Origin: the human T2T-CHM13v2.0 reference genome, Homo sapiens
Strand: one strand, 5' to 3'
Assembly: GCF_009914755.1 (NCBI RefSeq)
Contig: NC_060940.1
Length of the DNA: 64,000 nt
Positions within the stretch are counted from its first letter, which is position 1. Each line of letters opens with the position of its first letter. The notes below the pieces were generated by a model. The model was not told where the DNA came from and searched no databases. It worked only from the letters and a program-made list of their open reading frames with translations. The position numbers were made by a program, and so were the translations under genes. Positions 11,626 through 23,123 of this stretch are shown here, piece after piece.

Positions 11626-12848
11626 AACTAACCTTTTTCAAGCTCTTCGGGACCAAGCCTGAACCAGCCTCAGTGGCCTGAGCTTTCCAGAAGGAAATAA
11701 TGCTTTCTTTAATGATGAGGATAGTAATAAGATAATTAGCACTGAACAAGCACCTACTCTACAAGCACCAGGTACTTTATTATGTATTACACATCATTCC
11801 ATTTAGGAGAACCTGTTGGATAGATACTATCATTAGCCCCATTTTAGAGACGGGGAAAAATGAGGCACACAGAGGTTTAGGTGATGTGCTCAATGTTCCA
11901 TAGCTGTTGGTAGACCCAGGATTCAACTCTAGAACCCCAATGATTAGAAGCCCATGTCCTTGACCATCTGGACAGGACCATTTCCAGTATTCCACATTTC
12001 ACAGGATCCTATTCCATGTTTTTGGAGCCAGAGAACTCCGGCGTAGACACCCCTCTGCCACCCCGGAGAGAAACCTCATAGGATTCCAGACGCATAAGTA
12101 AAGTCTGGAGGCTGAGCTCCGCTGATCTGCTGCAGTCTTTATTGCTCTACAAATGCATTATTAATCAGCCACTGGGGTCCTCCCCATAGAGCCTTTTAAA
12201 TTACAGTTAAATTCCTTGATAGCGTTTCATGCACCTAATGGTGCAGTTCCTGTGTTCACGGCAATAAACAAGGGGAGAGAGGGAGGCCTGGATAACCAGG
12301 TTAATTGCTCTTTGAGGTTTAGGCTGAGAAAGCAATGGCAACAGCACCTCTAAATTCTCCAGGTCCCTCACTGCAATGCTAATAAAGTCTTGAAACAAAC
12401 AGCGCTGTCAAGCCAGCATCAGGAGTAGAGACTACAGTTTCTTCATGCCTGGCCCACTGCCGTGGCTTCGCTGGGCCTCCAGGTCACCTTGCCAGGGCCC
12501 TCCTTCTTGGGAGCTTTCAGTGTGAGTGCGTGAGTGCATGGAGATTTGGTTTTTAATGGCCATAAAATTTCAGTTTTGCAAAACGAAAAAGTTCTGGAGA
12601 TGGGTTGCACAATCAATGCAACAATGAGGAGAGGGAGGACAAGAGGCAGCATTGACGTTGGAACTGATGGGGCACCCCTGGGAACTTGCTGCTTCCTTAC
12701 GAGTCTCTTACTCCCAGGTTATGAAACGGTTGACTTTTAGGGGATACAGTGTGGGGAAGAGGCAGTTAACTAGCCTATCTTCTGGAACTGTCTTCTCCAC
12801 ATGCTGGAGTTGGAAGGTGATAGCAGCCAGGGAGCTCTCCAAAGCAGG

Positions 12849-13201
12849 AGTATTAGTCTTTCACACTGTTGATAGAGTCATACCCGAGACTGGGTAATTT
12901 ACAAAGAAAAAGAGGTTTAATGGACTCACAGTTCCATGTGGCGGGGAAGACCTCACAAGTATGGTAGAAGGTGAAAGGCACGTCCTACATGGCCGCAGGC
13001 AAGAGATAACTTCAGCTGGGGAACTCCTCTTTATAAAACCATCAGATCTCCTGGGACTTATTCACCATCATAAGAACAGCAAAAGAAAGACCCACCCCCG
13101 TGATTCAATTACCTCCCACTAGGTCCCTCCCATGACACATGGGAATTGTGGGAGTACAATTCAAGATGAGATTTGGGTGGGGACACAGCCAAACCATATG
13201 A
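12849..13201 (-). mobile_element. THE1 (THE1B-like) MaLR solo LTR
   Basis: gtattagtc...gagactgggtaattt...gatgagatttgggtggggacacagccaaaccata; 5-bp TSD GCAGG at 12844-12848 and 13202-13206. Confidence 0.92.
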
Positions 13202-13202
13202 G

Positions 13203-13398
13203 CAGGGGTTGGCGAATTATGGTCTTGGGCCAAACCCAGCCATCCATTTTGTAAACAACATTTTATCAGAGCACAGACATGCCTATTCATTTATGCACTA
13301 TCTACACATTGAGTTGAGTAGTTAGGACAGAGACCTTCTACTCTGCAAAACCTGAACTATTTATTATCTAGCCTTTTACAGAAAGTTTGTCAATCCCT
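13203..13398 (+). mobile_element. MER58A
   Basis: caggggttggcgaattatgg...gggccaaa...tatttattatctagccttttacagaaagtttgtcaatccct. Confidence 0.75.
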
Positions 13399-13624
13399 AT
13401 GTTAAAGTGTAAATCAGATTGTGCTACCGTCTTGCTCAAGACCCATCCAGGGCTCCCTACGACCCTAGAGTAAAGGTCAAATGACTTATCTGGAACAAAT
13501 CATCTAGCCTCACTCTGCAGGAGAATTGTCATCTGTGAAATGGGAGAATGAAGAAGCCTACTTCACCAATTTAGAGCAAGATTTAAATGAGGCAATGCAT
13601 GTTTCAGAAGAGCTATTTTTAAAA

Positions 13625-14143
13625 AATGGTAAAACACACAACATAAAATTTACCGTCTTAATCATTTTAAGTGCACAATAGTGTTAAGTATATTCATATT
13701 GTTGTGCAACCAATCTCCACAACTTTTTCATTTTGCAGAATTGAAATTCTACGGCCATTAAAAAACAAATCCCTGTTTCTCTCTCCCTCAAGCCCCTAGG
13801 TCTCACCATCCTACTCCTGTCTCTAGGAATTTAATTACTCTAGATACCTTGTGTAAGGGGGAATCACACAGTATCTGATCTATGGTGACTGGCTTATTTC
13901 ACTTAGCGTGAAGTCCCCCAGGTGCATCCATGTTGCAGCATGCGATAGGGTCTTCTCCCTTTTTAAGGCTGGCTAGTATTCCACTGTATGTGTAGACCAC
14001 ATTTTGTTTATCCTTTCATCTGTTCATGGACACCTGTGTTGCCTCCACCTTTTGACTACTCTGAATAATGCTCCTATAAACAAAGGTGTACAAATGTCTC
14101 TTTAAGACTCTGCCTTCAATTCTTCTAGGTACACACCCAGAAG
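13625..14143 (-). mobile_element. L1MB-type 3' end fragment
   Basis: aacataaaatttaccgtctta...gtgactggcttatttcacttagc...ccacattttgtttatcc...cacccagaag. Confidence 0.85.
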
Positions 14144-14261
14144 AGCTAACTTTTATTGAGCACTTTCTAGAGACAGCCTCTGCTTTAATAATTCACACAG
14201 ATCCTCTCATTCTATCCTCACAACAGCCCTACAAGGTGAGAACTATTAAGACTATCATCAT

Positions 14262-14545
14262 TAGGGTGACCAGATAACTTATTATGGTCAGTTTATGAAA
14301 AGCCTGCCAATCCCTTTGTTAAAGTCTAAATGAGATCACAGCACTGTCTTGCTCAAAACCCATGCATGGCTCCCTAAAGGTCAAACGAATTATCTGAAAC
14401 AAATCATCCAGTCTCACTCTATAGGAGAATCCTCATCAGGTTAGAGTGAGACTGGAGAACTCTTGAGAGGAAAAAGGGGCTCCATTACTAACTATACCAG
14501 GATGACAGGCACAGATCGGGATTGTCCTGGGCAAACCAGATACCA
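14262..14545. mobile_element. MER94-like hAT-Blackjack MITE with an ~150-bp foreign insert, itself inserted in a MIR
   Basis: Starts tagggtgaccagataac; resumes as ctcttgagaggaaaaaggggctccattactaacta...gggattgtcctgggcaaacc; 8-bp TSD ATCATCAT at 14254-14261 and 14546-14553. Confidence 0.7.
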
Positions 14546-14929
14546 ATCATCATCCCCATTCTATAGATTAAAGATCAAGCAACAGAGCAGTGAAGTCCCT
14601 TGCACAAGGTCCCGAGTGAGGGAGGGGCACAGCTAAAATTCAAACCCAAGCCGACCGACTCAAGCTTTCACTGCTAAGCACAGTTCTATGTGCTTAGCAC
14701 AAGGAGCGGCAACGGTCAGCAATCAATGTGAGGTGTCTCATTATGGACTCTTCAGGCTGGGGAGAGGGGTCTTCAGGACGCAAAGGGTCATCAAGGGCTG
14801 AGAAAGTCAGAGGGGTGAGGGGGAGGCTTTTCACACCCAGGAGTGAGACTGTGGATGCCAATGTGTCCATACCGAATGTGAACTTGCCCCATGGAGAGAA
14901 GCAGATGCCCAGGTCTCCCACCATGCTTG

Positions 14930-15124
14930 GCCACGGCACCATGGACATTTTGGACTGGAAAATCATTGTGGGGATGTCCTGTGCATTGCAGGATGCTGAG
15001 CAGTATCCTTCGTGTCTACGCTTTAGATGCCAGTAGTACCCCCTTTCCCAGTCGAGACAACCAAATGTCTCTAGGCATGTCCAGACGTCCCGAGGGGCTC
15101 AGTAGCATTGGTTGCAAACCACTG
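14930..15124 (-). mobile_element. MER20
   Basis: ggacattttggactgga...gtcctgtgcattgcaggatg...gacaaccaaatgtctc...aaccactg. Confidence 0.75.
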
Positions 15125-18100
15125 AATCAGGGAAAGGGCAGAACTAGGGGGAACAGGATGTTCTCCCAGGTCCGGGCTTCTCAAAGTGTAGTTCTGGAGG
15201 GCAGCAGCCTCTGGCAGAAGTGTGATTTCTCAGGTTCTGTCCTCGACCTGGGTCAGAATCCCTGGGGGTGGGGCCTTGGGGGGTCTGTTGCCAACACAAG
15301 CCCAAGTGTGGCCGGCAAGCACTGTCCTTGACCACGCAAGAAAATTGCTGGGATCTCGGAGGACTAGGCACGAGAGATGTTACTAACGTGAAACCTGAAG
15401 AGGGATCCCAGGCAGAATGCAGGATGGAAGATGAGGATGTTTTAGAGGCTGTCAAGGTCCTGTTGGTGACCAATACAGGATATACTGTTATAACCAATAC
15501 AGGCTTTTCACAGGGCAGTTTGATGCTGTCTATCACAATTTAAAATGGGCAAGCTGTTTGACCTGCCAATTCTATTCTTCAGATGCTCTGTAGCAGCCAG
15601 TCTCAACTCAGGATCCCCAAGAGAATTAAGCTCGAATGTCCTGGGGCATCCATTGTAGGTAGCAAATTAGCTTTTCTCTGATGTATCCAGAATGGTACTA
15701 GTTATGTACATCTTTGAGAGATCTGAGAAAACAGTCACTTAGTATAGTAAAAAACTGGCAACAACCTAAATGTCCCTCAATAGGGGAATGACCAATTACA
15801 CTGTGGTGTATCCATACCCAGAGTTATATGGTCAGCTACTATAAAGAAATAACTTAGGTCTCTAGCTCCAGGCAAGGAAACAGACCTCAGACCTGGACAT
15901 GTGCAACAACAACAAAAAAATCATCTAACTTGTGAATTCTTTCATCCCACAGCCAGATACTATTAATATATTTTTTACAAGTTTCAGATTTATACATCAG
16001 TTTCATATGATTTATGAATCTCTTGTCACAAAACCACACTCTTTTTTTTGACATGTGTTGAGTTTAGATATCTAAAGAAAAACAAAAATGTACACACAAG
16101 TGCCACTGCTCAGATGGGACTGACGGATCAGGGTGGATTTTCCCCTTATCTGCAATGTTTCAGTATTTTAAAATAATGAGAATGTATACAGCCTTGACTT
16201 GAGGAATTAGATTTTAACAAGCATCCTTTCTGCATTATTTGGGCAAGTTATTAAAAATCGTGAGGAGAATTCTCCTTTCCCTGCCTTCTCACCATCTTTT
16301 CACTTTGGTCGCTGCAAATATCACCGGGGACTGGCTCTTGGCAGCCTCCCACTTCCTCTGAAAGGTTTCTCACTCTATCCATGCCACACTTGGAGGTGAG
16401 CTATTAATTTGCGCTTTGTGGCTCAGCTCGATTCTGATTTAGGGCAACATAAACCCTCCTCAAAATTGCGAAGAATAAATTAGTTTACTAATTTCGCCAT
16501 TAAGAGTTTATCAAAGCAAGCACTATTTCAATCGTCTCTTAATCAATCACCATTTTCCGTGTTTATCTCCTGTTCAATTTTTACCAGAGGGTTCTATACA
16601 CATCAATTTGTCTGATGTTCTTCCTACATATGTTTTAAATTACTTTATCACTGTATAAATTTCACAGCCATTAAAAGGCTCTAACACCAGAATGACTGAC
16701 ATGGTGTTAAAAATTGAATTCAATTCCACGGGGTAATAAATTGTGACCTAAATCCAATCTCTCATGGGTGACTGAAGGATACAATGAAAAATTATTGCTT
16801 TGTCATTTTTACACTAACACAAATATACCACAGCAACTAGAAACTGGCAGAGAAATGGGAGGTAACCGCGGCTGGCTATTTCTCACCCCAGGCAATGAAC
16901 TGACTTCAAACACAAGTCCTTAGCGTCTTGGATGGGATTGGCGCCCCCGCCTCCAAAAGCAGGTGAATTATCTGACTGTGTGGGTGGGTCTCATTGCAAC
17001 AGACAGATTGAGCACAAGGAGCAAATGTAAGCTGCAAAGGGCTTGCTTCAGCCTGAATGCAGCTGCTCCTATAGACACCAAAGTGTAGTGGTTAAGCCCC
17101 TTGCCACGCCACTGGAACCAAAGTCTCTGAGCTCAGAGCCTGGCTCTGCTACTGGTGAAATGTGTAATTCTGGGTAAGTTTTCTGTGTCTCAACTTCTTT
17201 GAATACAAAGTTGTTATGAGGAATAAATGAGTTAATGTGGCTAAACCTTCTTAGGATAGCCCTTGGCATTTAACAATCCCTACGTAGAGGTTAAGTGTTA
17301 TTATTTAAGAGCAGTTTCTTGTATAGAGACCTTAGCTCCCTGTTCTTTCTGGCTGCAGAGATGGAGAGTAACAAGTATCAATAGCTAGAGAAAGGTGTTG
17401 ATTAACATGCAGTGCATTTTCCTTTATCTCTGGAGAAGCTAGATCAGTCATTTAACACATCTGGTTCCACATTTACTAAGGGTACCACAGAGCAGACAAG
17501 TTAAGGTGTGGGTTTTGAAGTTAGGCAGAAGTGGGTTTGAGTCTAAGGTCTGTCACTTGCAAATGTGACCCTGGGCAAGCTACTTAACCTCTCTGAGGAT
17601 CAGTTTCTTCGTCTGTTCAATGGAACTAGAGAACATCCCTTCTCCAGGGCTGTGCAGGAGTCGCGATGAGATCACACATGCAAAGTGCTCGCCTCCACAC
17701 CTGGCATTCAGGAAGTGCCTAAGAAATGTGGGTTCTCGTGTCCTAGCCCCGTGCAGGCAGGGGCTGGAGATCCAGTGGTGGAGACTCAGGATATGCTATA
17801 GCAGCCAGTCTCACCTAAGGGTCCCCAACAGAATTAAGGGTACTCAGCCCTTGTGGCTCAGTGTGGGCTACAGAGCACTCCAGCAACCACGCTATCCTGT
17901 GACATGTACCCCAGCAGGGAACAGGCAAGGTGGTTTGGGGGCACACAGCTTGAGCACCTCACACAGACTTGGAGAGGTGCAGTGTGGGGAGACAGCATCA
18001 CAGAAGGCTTCCAGGAGGAAGTGGCATTGATATGAATTCCTAGCCCTGGACTGCCAAGTAATTTGAGAGAGGAGAAAAGGCCAGCTAGTTTTGTTGACTT

Positions 18101-18144
18101 ATGCAGAAAGGAGAGATAGCTAGTCTTTTCACTCTAGGGCTTAT

Positions 18145-18196
18145 TTCATTCATTCATTCATTCATTCACTCACTCATTCACTCATTCATTCATTCA
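18145..18196. repeat. (TTCA)n microsatellite
   Basis: Directly visible. Confidence 0.9.
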
Positions 18197-19027
18197 AGGG
18201 CCATGTCTGGGCTCCTTCCTTCTTGCACTAAGTCTCTGTCTTGGGGACCCTGGGTGGCAGACACACAATCAGTTGTGCCCAAGGGAGCAAGCCTCTCATG
18301 GAGCAAGAATTCTATGTGCTCTTCGAATCTCCATTCTCTGCCTTGTTCTGGGGCAGCTACTGGGCAAGAACTCATGGAACGCCAAGAAAATCATCACAAA
18401 CCACCCTGCCATGGAAGCGAGTCTCCCATGCCCACCTGCAGGCTTCCAGAACCACAAGAGCTGCCAATCGAGAGGTGGCCTATGGCTGACTTGTAACAGG
18501 TGCTTGGTAAATATTTGCTGGCTAGACCGATGGATTAATGAAAGTACACTCAAATACGGTATTTTATTCAGCAACCTGAGGAGGCAGGGGAGGCCCTTGT
18601 GCAATCTGTTTTATAGGAAAGACGTGAGGCTCAGAGAACACAAGTGCCTTGTTCAAGGCTTTCGCAGCCGATAAAGTGGCAGAGGGGCCGCAAGTCTTTT
18701 GAGTTTGGTTCAAAGGCTTCTCCTAATCCAGGGTCAGGTCAATGATAGTGAAACAGCCCAGGACACTGAGTCTATGACATTGCTGGAGGCACTGAGGATT
18801 TCCTTCCATGGCTTGGATGTCATGAGAAACAGCACTGTAAGAGGAGGAAAGACCTCCAAAGATGTGTACCCTAAATCCAGGGCTAAGAACTTGGGGGCAG
18901 GGGTTGCTTTCCTGATCCAAGATGACCTCTTGTTCAGGGCTCAAAAGTGGAAGAAGCATGATTCTGTAGAGAGAGGATGTGAGACCTGCCCCCCAGTCCC
19001 AGCCTGCCAGACCCTTACCTTTGGGGC

Positions 19028-19379
19028 TGATACAGTTTGGCTGTGTCCCCACCCAAATCTTAAATTGTAGCTCCCATAATTCCCATGTGTCATGGGAGGA
19101 ACCTGGTGGGAGGTAACTGAATCATGGGGGTGAGTTTTTCCCTTGCTGTTCTCGTGATAGTGAATAAGTCTCATGAGATCAGATGGTTTTATAAAGAGGA
19201 ATCTCCCTGCACAAGCTCTTTCTCTTGCCTGCCACACTATAAGATGTCTTTTGCCTTCCGCCATGATTTTGAGGCCTCCTCGGCCACATGGAACTGTGAG
19301 TCCATTAAACCTATTTTTCTTTATAAATTACCCAGTCTCAAGTAAGTCTTTATCAGCAGCATGAGAACAGACTAATACA
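19028..19379 (+). mobile_element. THE1 (B/C-like) MaLR solo LTR
   Basis: tgatacagtttggctgtgtccccacccaaatct...ggaactgtgagtccattaaacc...gaacagactaataca. Confidence 0.92.
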
Positions 19380-19751
19380 GGGGGGCCTACCTTCCCCTCA
19401 GGTCTCTGGCAATTTCAGTTCAGTACTGAGAGATGCCTCTACCTCCATTCTCCTTGCTCAAAGCAAAGACACAGATCCTCTAAACCTAGCACTTTTAGGA
19501 ATTACAACTTGGCCTACGAGCAGATTAACCTTTTTGCTTATAGGAAGAGCTCCCCTGTTGGTCTTGTGAGTGTTTTAAACTATCAACACCTCTGCCTACC
19601 CGAGGGCCTTTGCACACGATACTCCCTTGACCTGGAATGTCCCCCTCCAGCTTTTCTTCTAGTTAACTTTCACCACCCTTCATCTCTTAGCTCAACTATA
19701 AAACACAACTATGCATCTCCCCAGAATTGCTGTTGCAATTTTACATGTGAA

Positions 19752-20027
19752 TTTTTTTTTTTTTTTTTTTTTGAGATGGAGTCTCGCTCTGTCATCCAGG
19801 CTGGAGTGCAATGGTGCAATCTCAGCTCACTGCAACCTCCTCCTCCCGGGCTAAAGCAATTCTCATGCCTTAGCCTCCTGAGTAGCTGGCACCCAGGTAA
19901 TTTTTGTATTTTTAGGAGAGATGGGGTTTCACTATGTTGGCTAGGCTGGTATCAAACTCCTGACCTCAAGCGATCCACCTGCCTCCCAAAGTGCTGTTAT
20001 TACAGGCATGAGCCACCGCACCTGGCC
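19752..20027 (-). mobile_element. Alu (AluS-like, small internal deletions) inside an L2 fragment
   Basis: Poly-T, gagatggagtctcgctctgtc...gagccaccgcacctggcc. Confidence 0.93.
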
Positions 20028-20526
20028 TACGTGCACATTTTAATGATCGTTTACCCCTGTGTTTCCCTACCCAACTTTAACAGGCCACAAGCTCCCTGAG
20101 GACGGGGATTCTATCTGCTTTCCTCCCAAATGAATCCATCCAAACTAGTTCCTGGCATAGACAGGGGATGCTCGATGACTAATTGTTGAATGAGGGTATA
20201 TTGAAGGGAGCTGGTGACAAACAGTTTCAGGTCCCAGGTGGTGGATGCCATGCTCAGAATACCACCTCCACAGAGATTCTAGATGCCCATTTCCATTGCT
20301 TTGCTTGGTGCACACAGGCCTCTGTAGAGACCCCAGTGTGAAGGGAGGTTGAGCCACTGAGGCTAAAAGCAACCACGTTATCTTCTTTCCCAGTGAGGGC
20401 AAGACTGAGGATTATGATGTGCCAAGCACGAGATATTCAAAGATGAGTACGATCAGGCCCCTGGCATGTCTTTCCCCACCATCTAAACCAATGTCAGGCA
20501 CAAAGCAGCCTCTCAATAAATATTAA

Positions 20527-20974
<448 letters not shown>

Positions 20975-21242
20975 TGTAGGCACCTATCTAAATGGTTCCC
21001 CACCTCACCTGTCCTCTCATCCTGCTCAACGTCTTCAAATAAATCATAGAGTCATATCCAGACATTAGATTGCAGATGTGGCTATTCACTTGTCACCTCT
21101 GGTCTCTCCTATTCAGGTAGAAGCTCCATGAGGGTACAGCCATCTAGACGCCCAATTGATTTCCAGAACCAATGGACATGGTACTCAAGTGGCACAAGGT
21201 GTTCTCTGCTCTTGTTCACAGCTCTAACTCCAGGTCCTAGAA

Positions 21243-21570
21243 CAAGGATTGGCAAACCACAGCCTGTAACTATCTATTTTGGCATGGCCCTTGAGCTAAG
21301 AATGGGTTGACATCTTAAGTGGGTAGAAAACAAATCAGAAGTAGAACAGCATTTCACAACAAGTGAAAATTATGTGAAACTCACATTTCGGTGACCATAA
21401 ATGACTTGAACTGAAGCATGCCCACAATGGTCATTTGTTGATGTGTTGTTTATGGCAGCTTTCACGCTACAATGGTAAAGTTGAATAGCTGAGACAGAGA
21501 CCATGCATTTTACAAAGTCCCAAATATTTATGATCTGGCCCTTTATAGAAACTGTGTGTGTGAGGCCCTG
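21243..21570 (+). mobile_element. MER58B
   Basis: ggattggcaaac...gagctaagaatgg...gtgaaaattatgtgaaactcacatttc...atatttatgatctggccctttatagaaa. Confidence 0.8.
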
Positions 21571-23099
21571 TCCTGGAGCACAGCCTTGAATGTGGTGGCT
21601 GACCAATGAATGGGTCTTCTGATGTTCTCTGGATTTGCCAGTCTCTTGCCTTTCCCCAGCAAGCCCAAGGAAGACCTTTGGGACTAGTTTTGTCCAACTC
21701 CAATGAACTGTTACTGGATACCTCTTCCTTCCTGGGCTCCTCAGAAGGAGATGCCAAAGGGCCCAGTTGGAACTGCAAGGGCCGCCTTGGGAAAGCCCGT
21801 CAACCCCACCCACTTAGCCAAGCTGTTCCTGGTCAATGTGGCTTCATCACATCACCCTCATTAGCGTGGTACCTTTTAACTTTTCACAGCTATTCCCTCA
21901 TTTTCTCATCATTGGTGATACAGCAAAGGATCTGGGAGAAAGTAGTATCTCTGGCTGACAAATGGGGAAACTGAGGTATTTACCTGGGACCACTTGTGAC
22001 ATCCCCAGTTCTATTTTCCCTCCACTGCGGCTGTCAGCTATGCTTTCTAGAAGCCGGCTACTCACGCTGTGTAGTTACCCCACTGCCCCCAGGGCAGGAG
22101 GGATGTAGAAGAGACTGCCCTTAAGCAGCTGGCAGTATCATCTGCCAGTCTCTCTCTGCAGCGAGCGGCCAGCCTTCCCCCCAGAATCCCCATATCCAAA
22201 AATCCATTCCTGCAAAGGCTGATGGGTAAAGACGGTTTGTTGCTGCCACAAAGAACCCCCTTCTGTTCATCCTCACCCCTAACACCTGTGCCAGCTTCCC
22301 CAGTCATGCGCAATTTCCTTTGCCCATCACCCATTGGAGAACTGCCGACTTCACTCAGATGCCCAGACCGGGGTTCCCCACTCAAGTCCAACCCACCCAG
22401 CTCCCAGCCAATCATCTTCCCTGGAACTTCTCACATTTTTCATTTCTAATTCTTCACCTGGATGTCTAGACTGCAGACCCACAGGTCACTTACAGCATCT
22501 ATGTGGTGGCTTAACCAGACCCAGCAAAGGGGAAGAAATGCAGGAGCAACGCAAGGAGCCAGCAGGGCCTTTCTTGGGACATTTTAACTCAAGACACAGA
22601 GAGGCTGGTGGCCGTGAGGGCCACTGCACAGAGGGCGCTTCCTGACATGCAGGTGTTCAAAATGTAATGAGGCAGAAAAAGCTGTGTCACCTGGCAGCTG
22701 GCACAGATTGCCTCCTATGGGTCGCAGGTGAAACAGCCTTTATTGGAAAAGATGCTTTGACAATGAAAGGGGCAGAGATGCACCCTTCACCCAGGATCCA
22801 TGTGTTCCCTGCAACCAGGGCTTCTGGGGAAGAGGTGGTCCTGGAAGGCTTCCCAGAGGAAGCGCATTCAGGGTGGGATCTCCAGAGGCAAGAGGTAACA
22901 GCCAAAGTGGGGTGAGTGGGAGTTGTGGGGACAGGGAGGGGGCTGGGGAGGACTGGAAGCTACTGGGGCTGTGTCTGAAGAGCAGACCCAGCAAGACGTG
23001 GCTGCACAATGGCTGACACCATCAAAGAAACCCTTTTCCTCTCCTCTCCTTTCCTCTTCTTGTCGCCCCTTCATTTAGACAACTCCTCCATTGCGACGA

Positions 23100-23123
23100 T
23101 TAGGTTGGTGCAAAAGTAATTGC
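23100..23123 (+). mobile_element. Solo Hsmar1/MADE1 terminal inverted repeat
   Basis: TTAGGTTGGTGCAAAAGTAATTGC followed by an A-tract; no partner TIR nearby. Confidence 0.85.

Noticed and set aside
19509-20099. 196-aa ORF and the many similar Alu-derived ORFs (e.g. 6764, 25427, 40884, 44524, 44810, 45836)
   Set aside because: Typical antisense-Alu peptides ([30 protein letters not shown]) caused by stop-poor Alu frames
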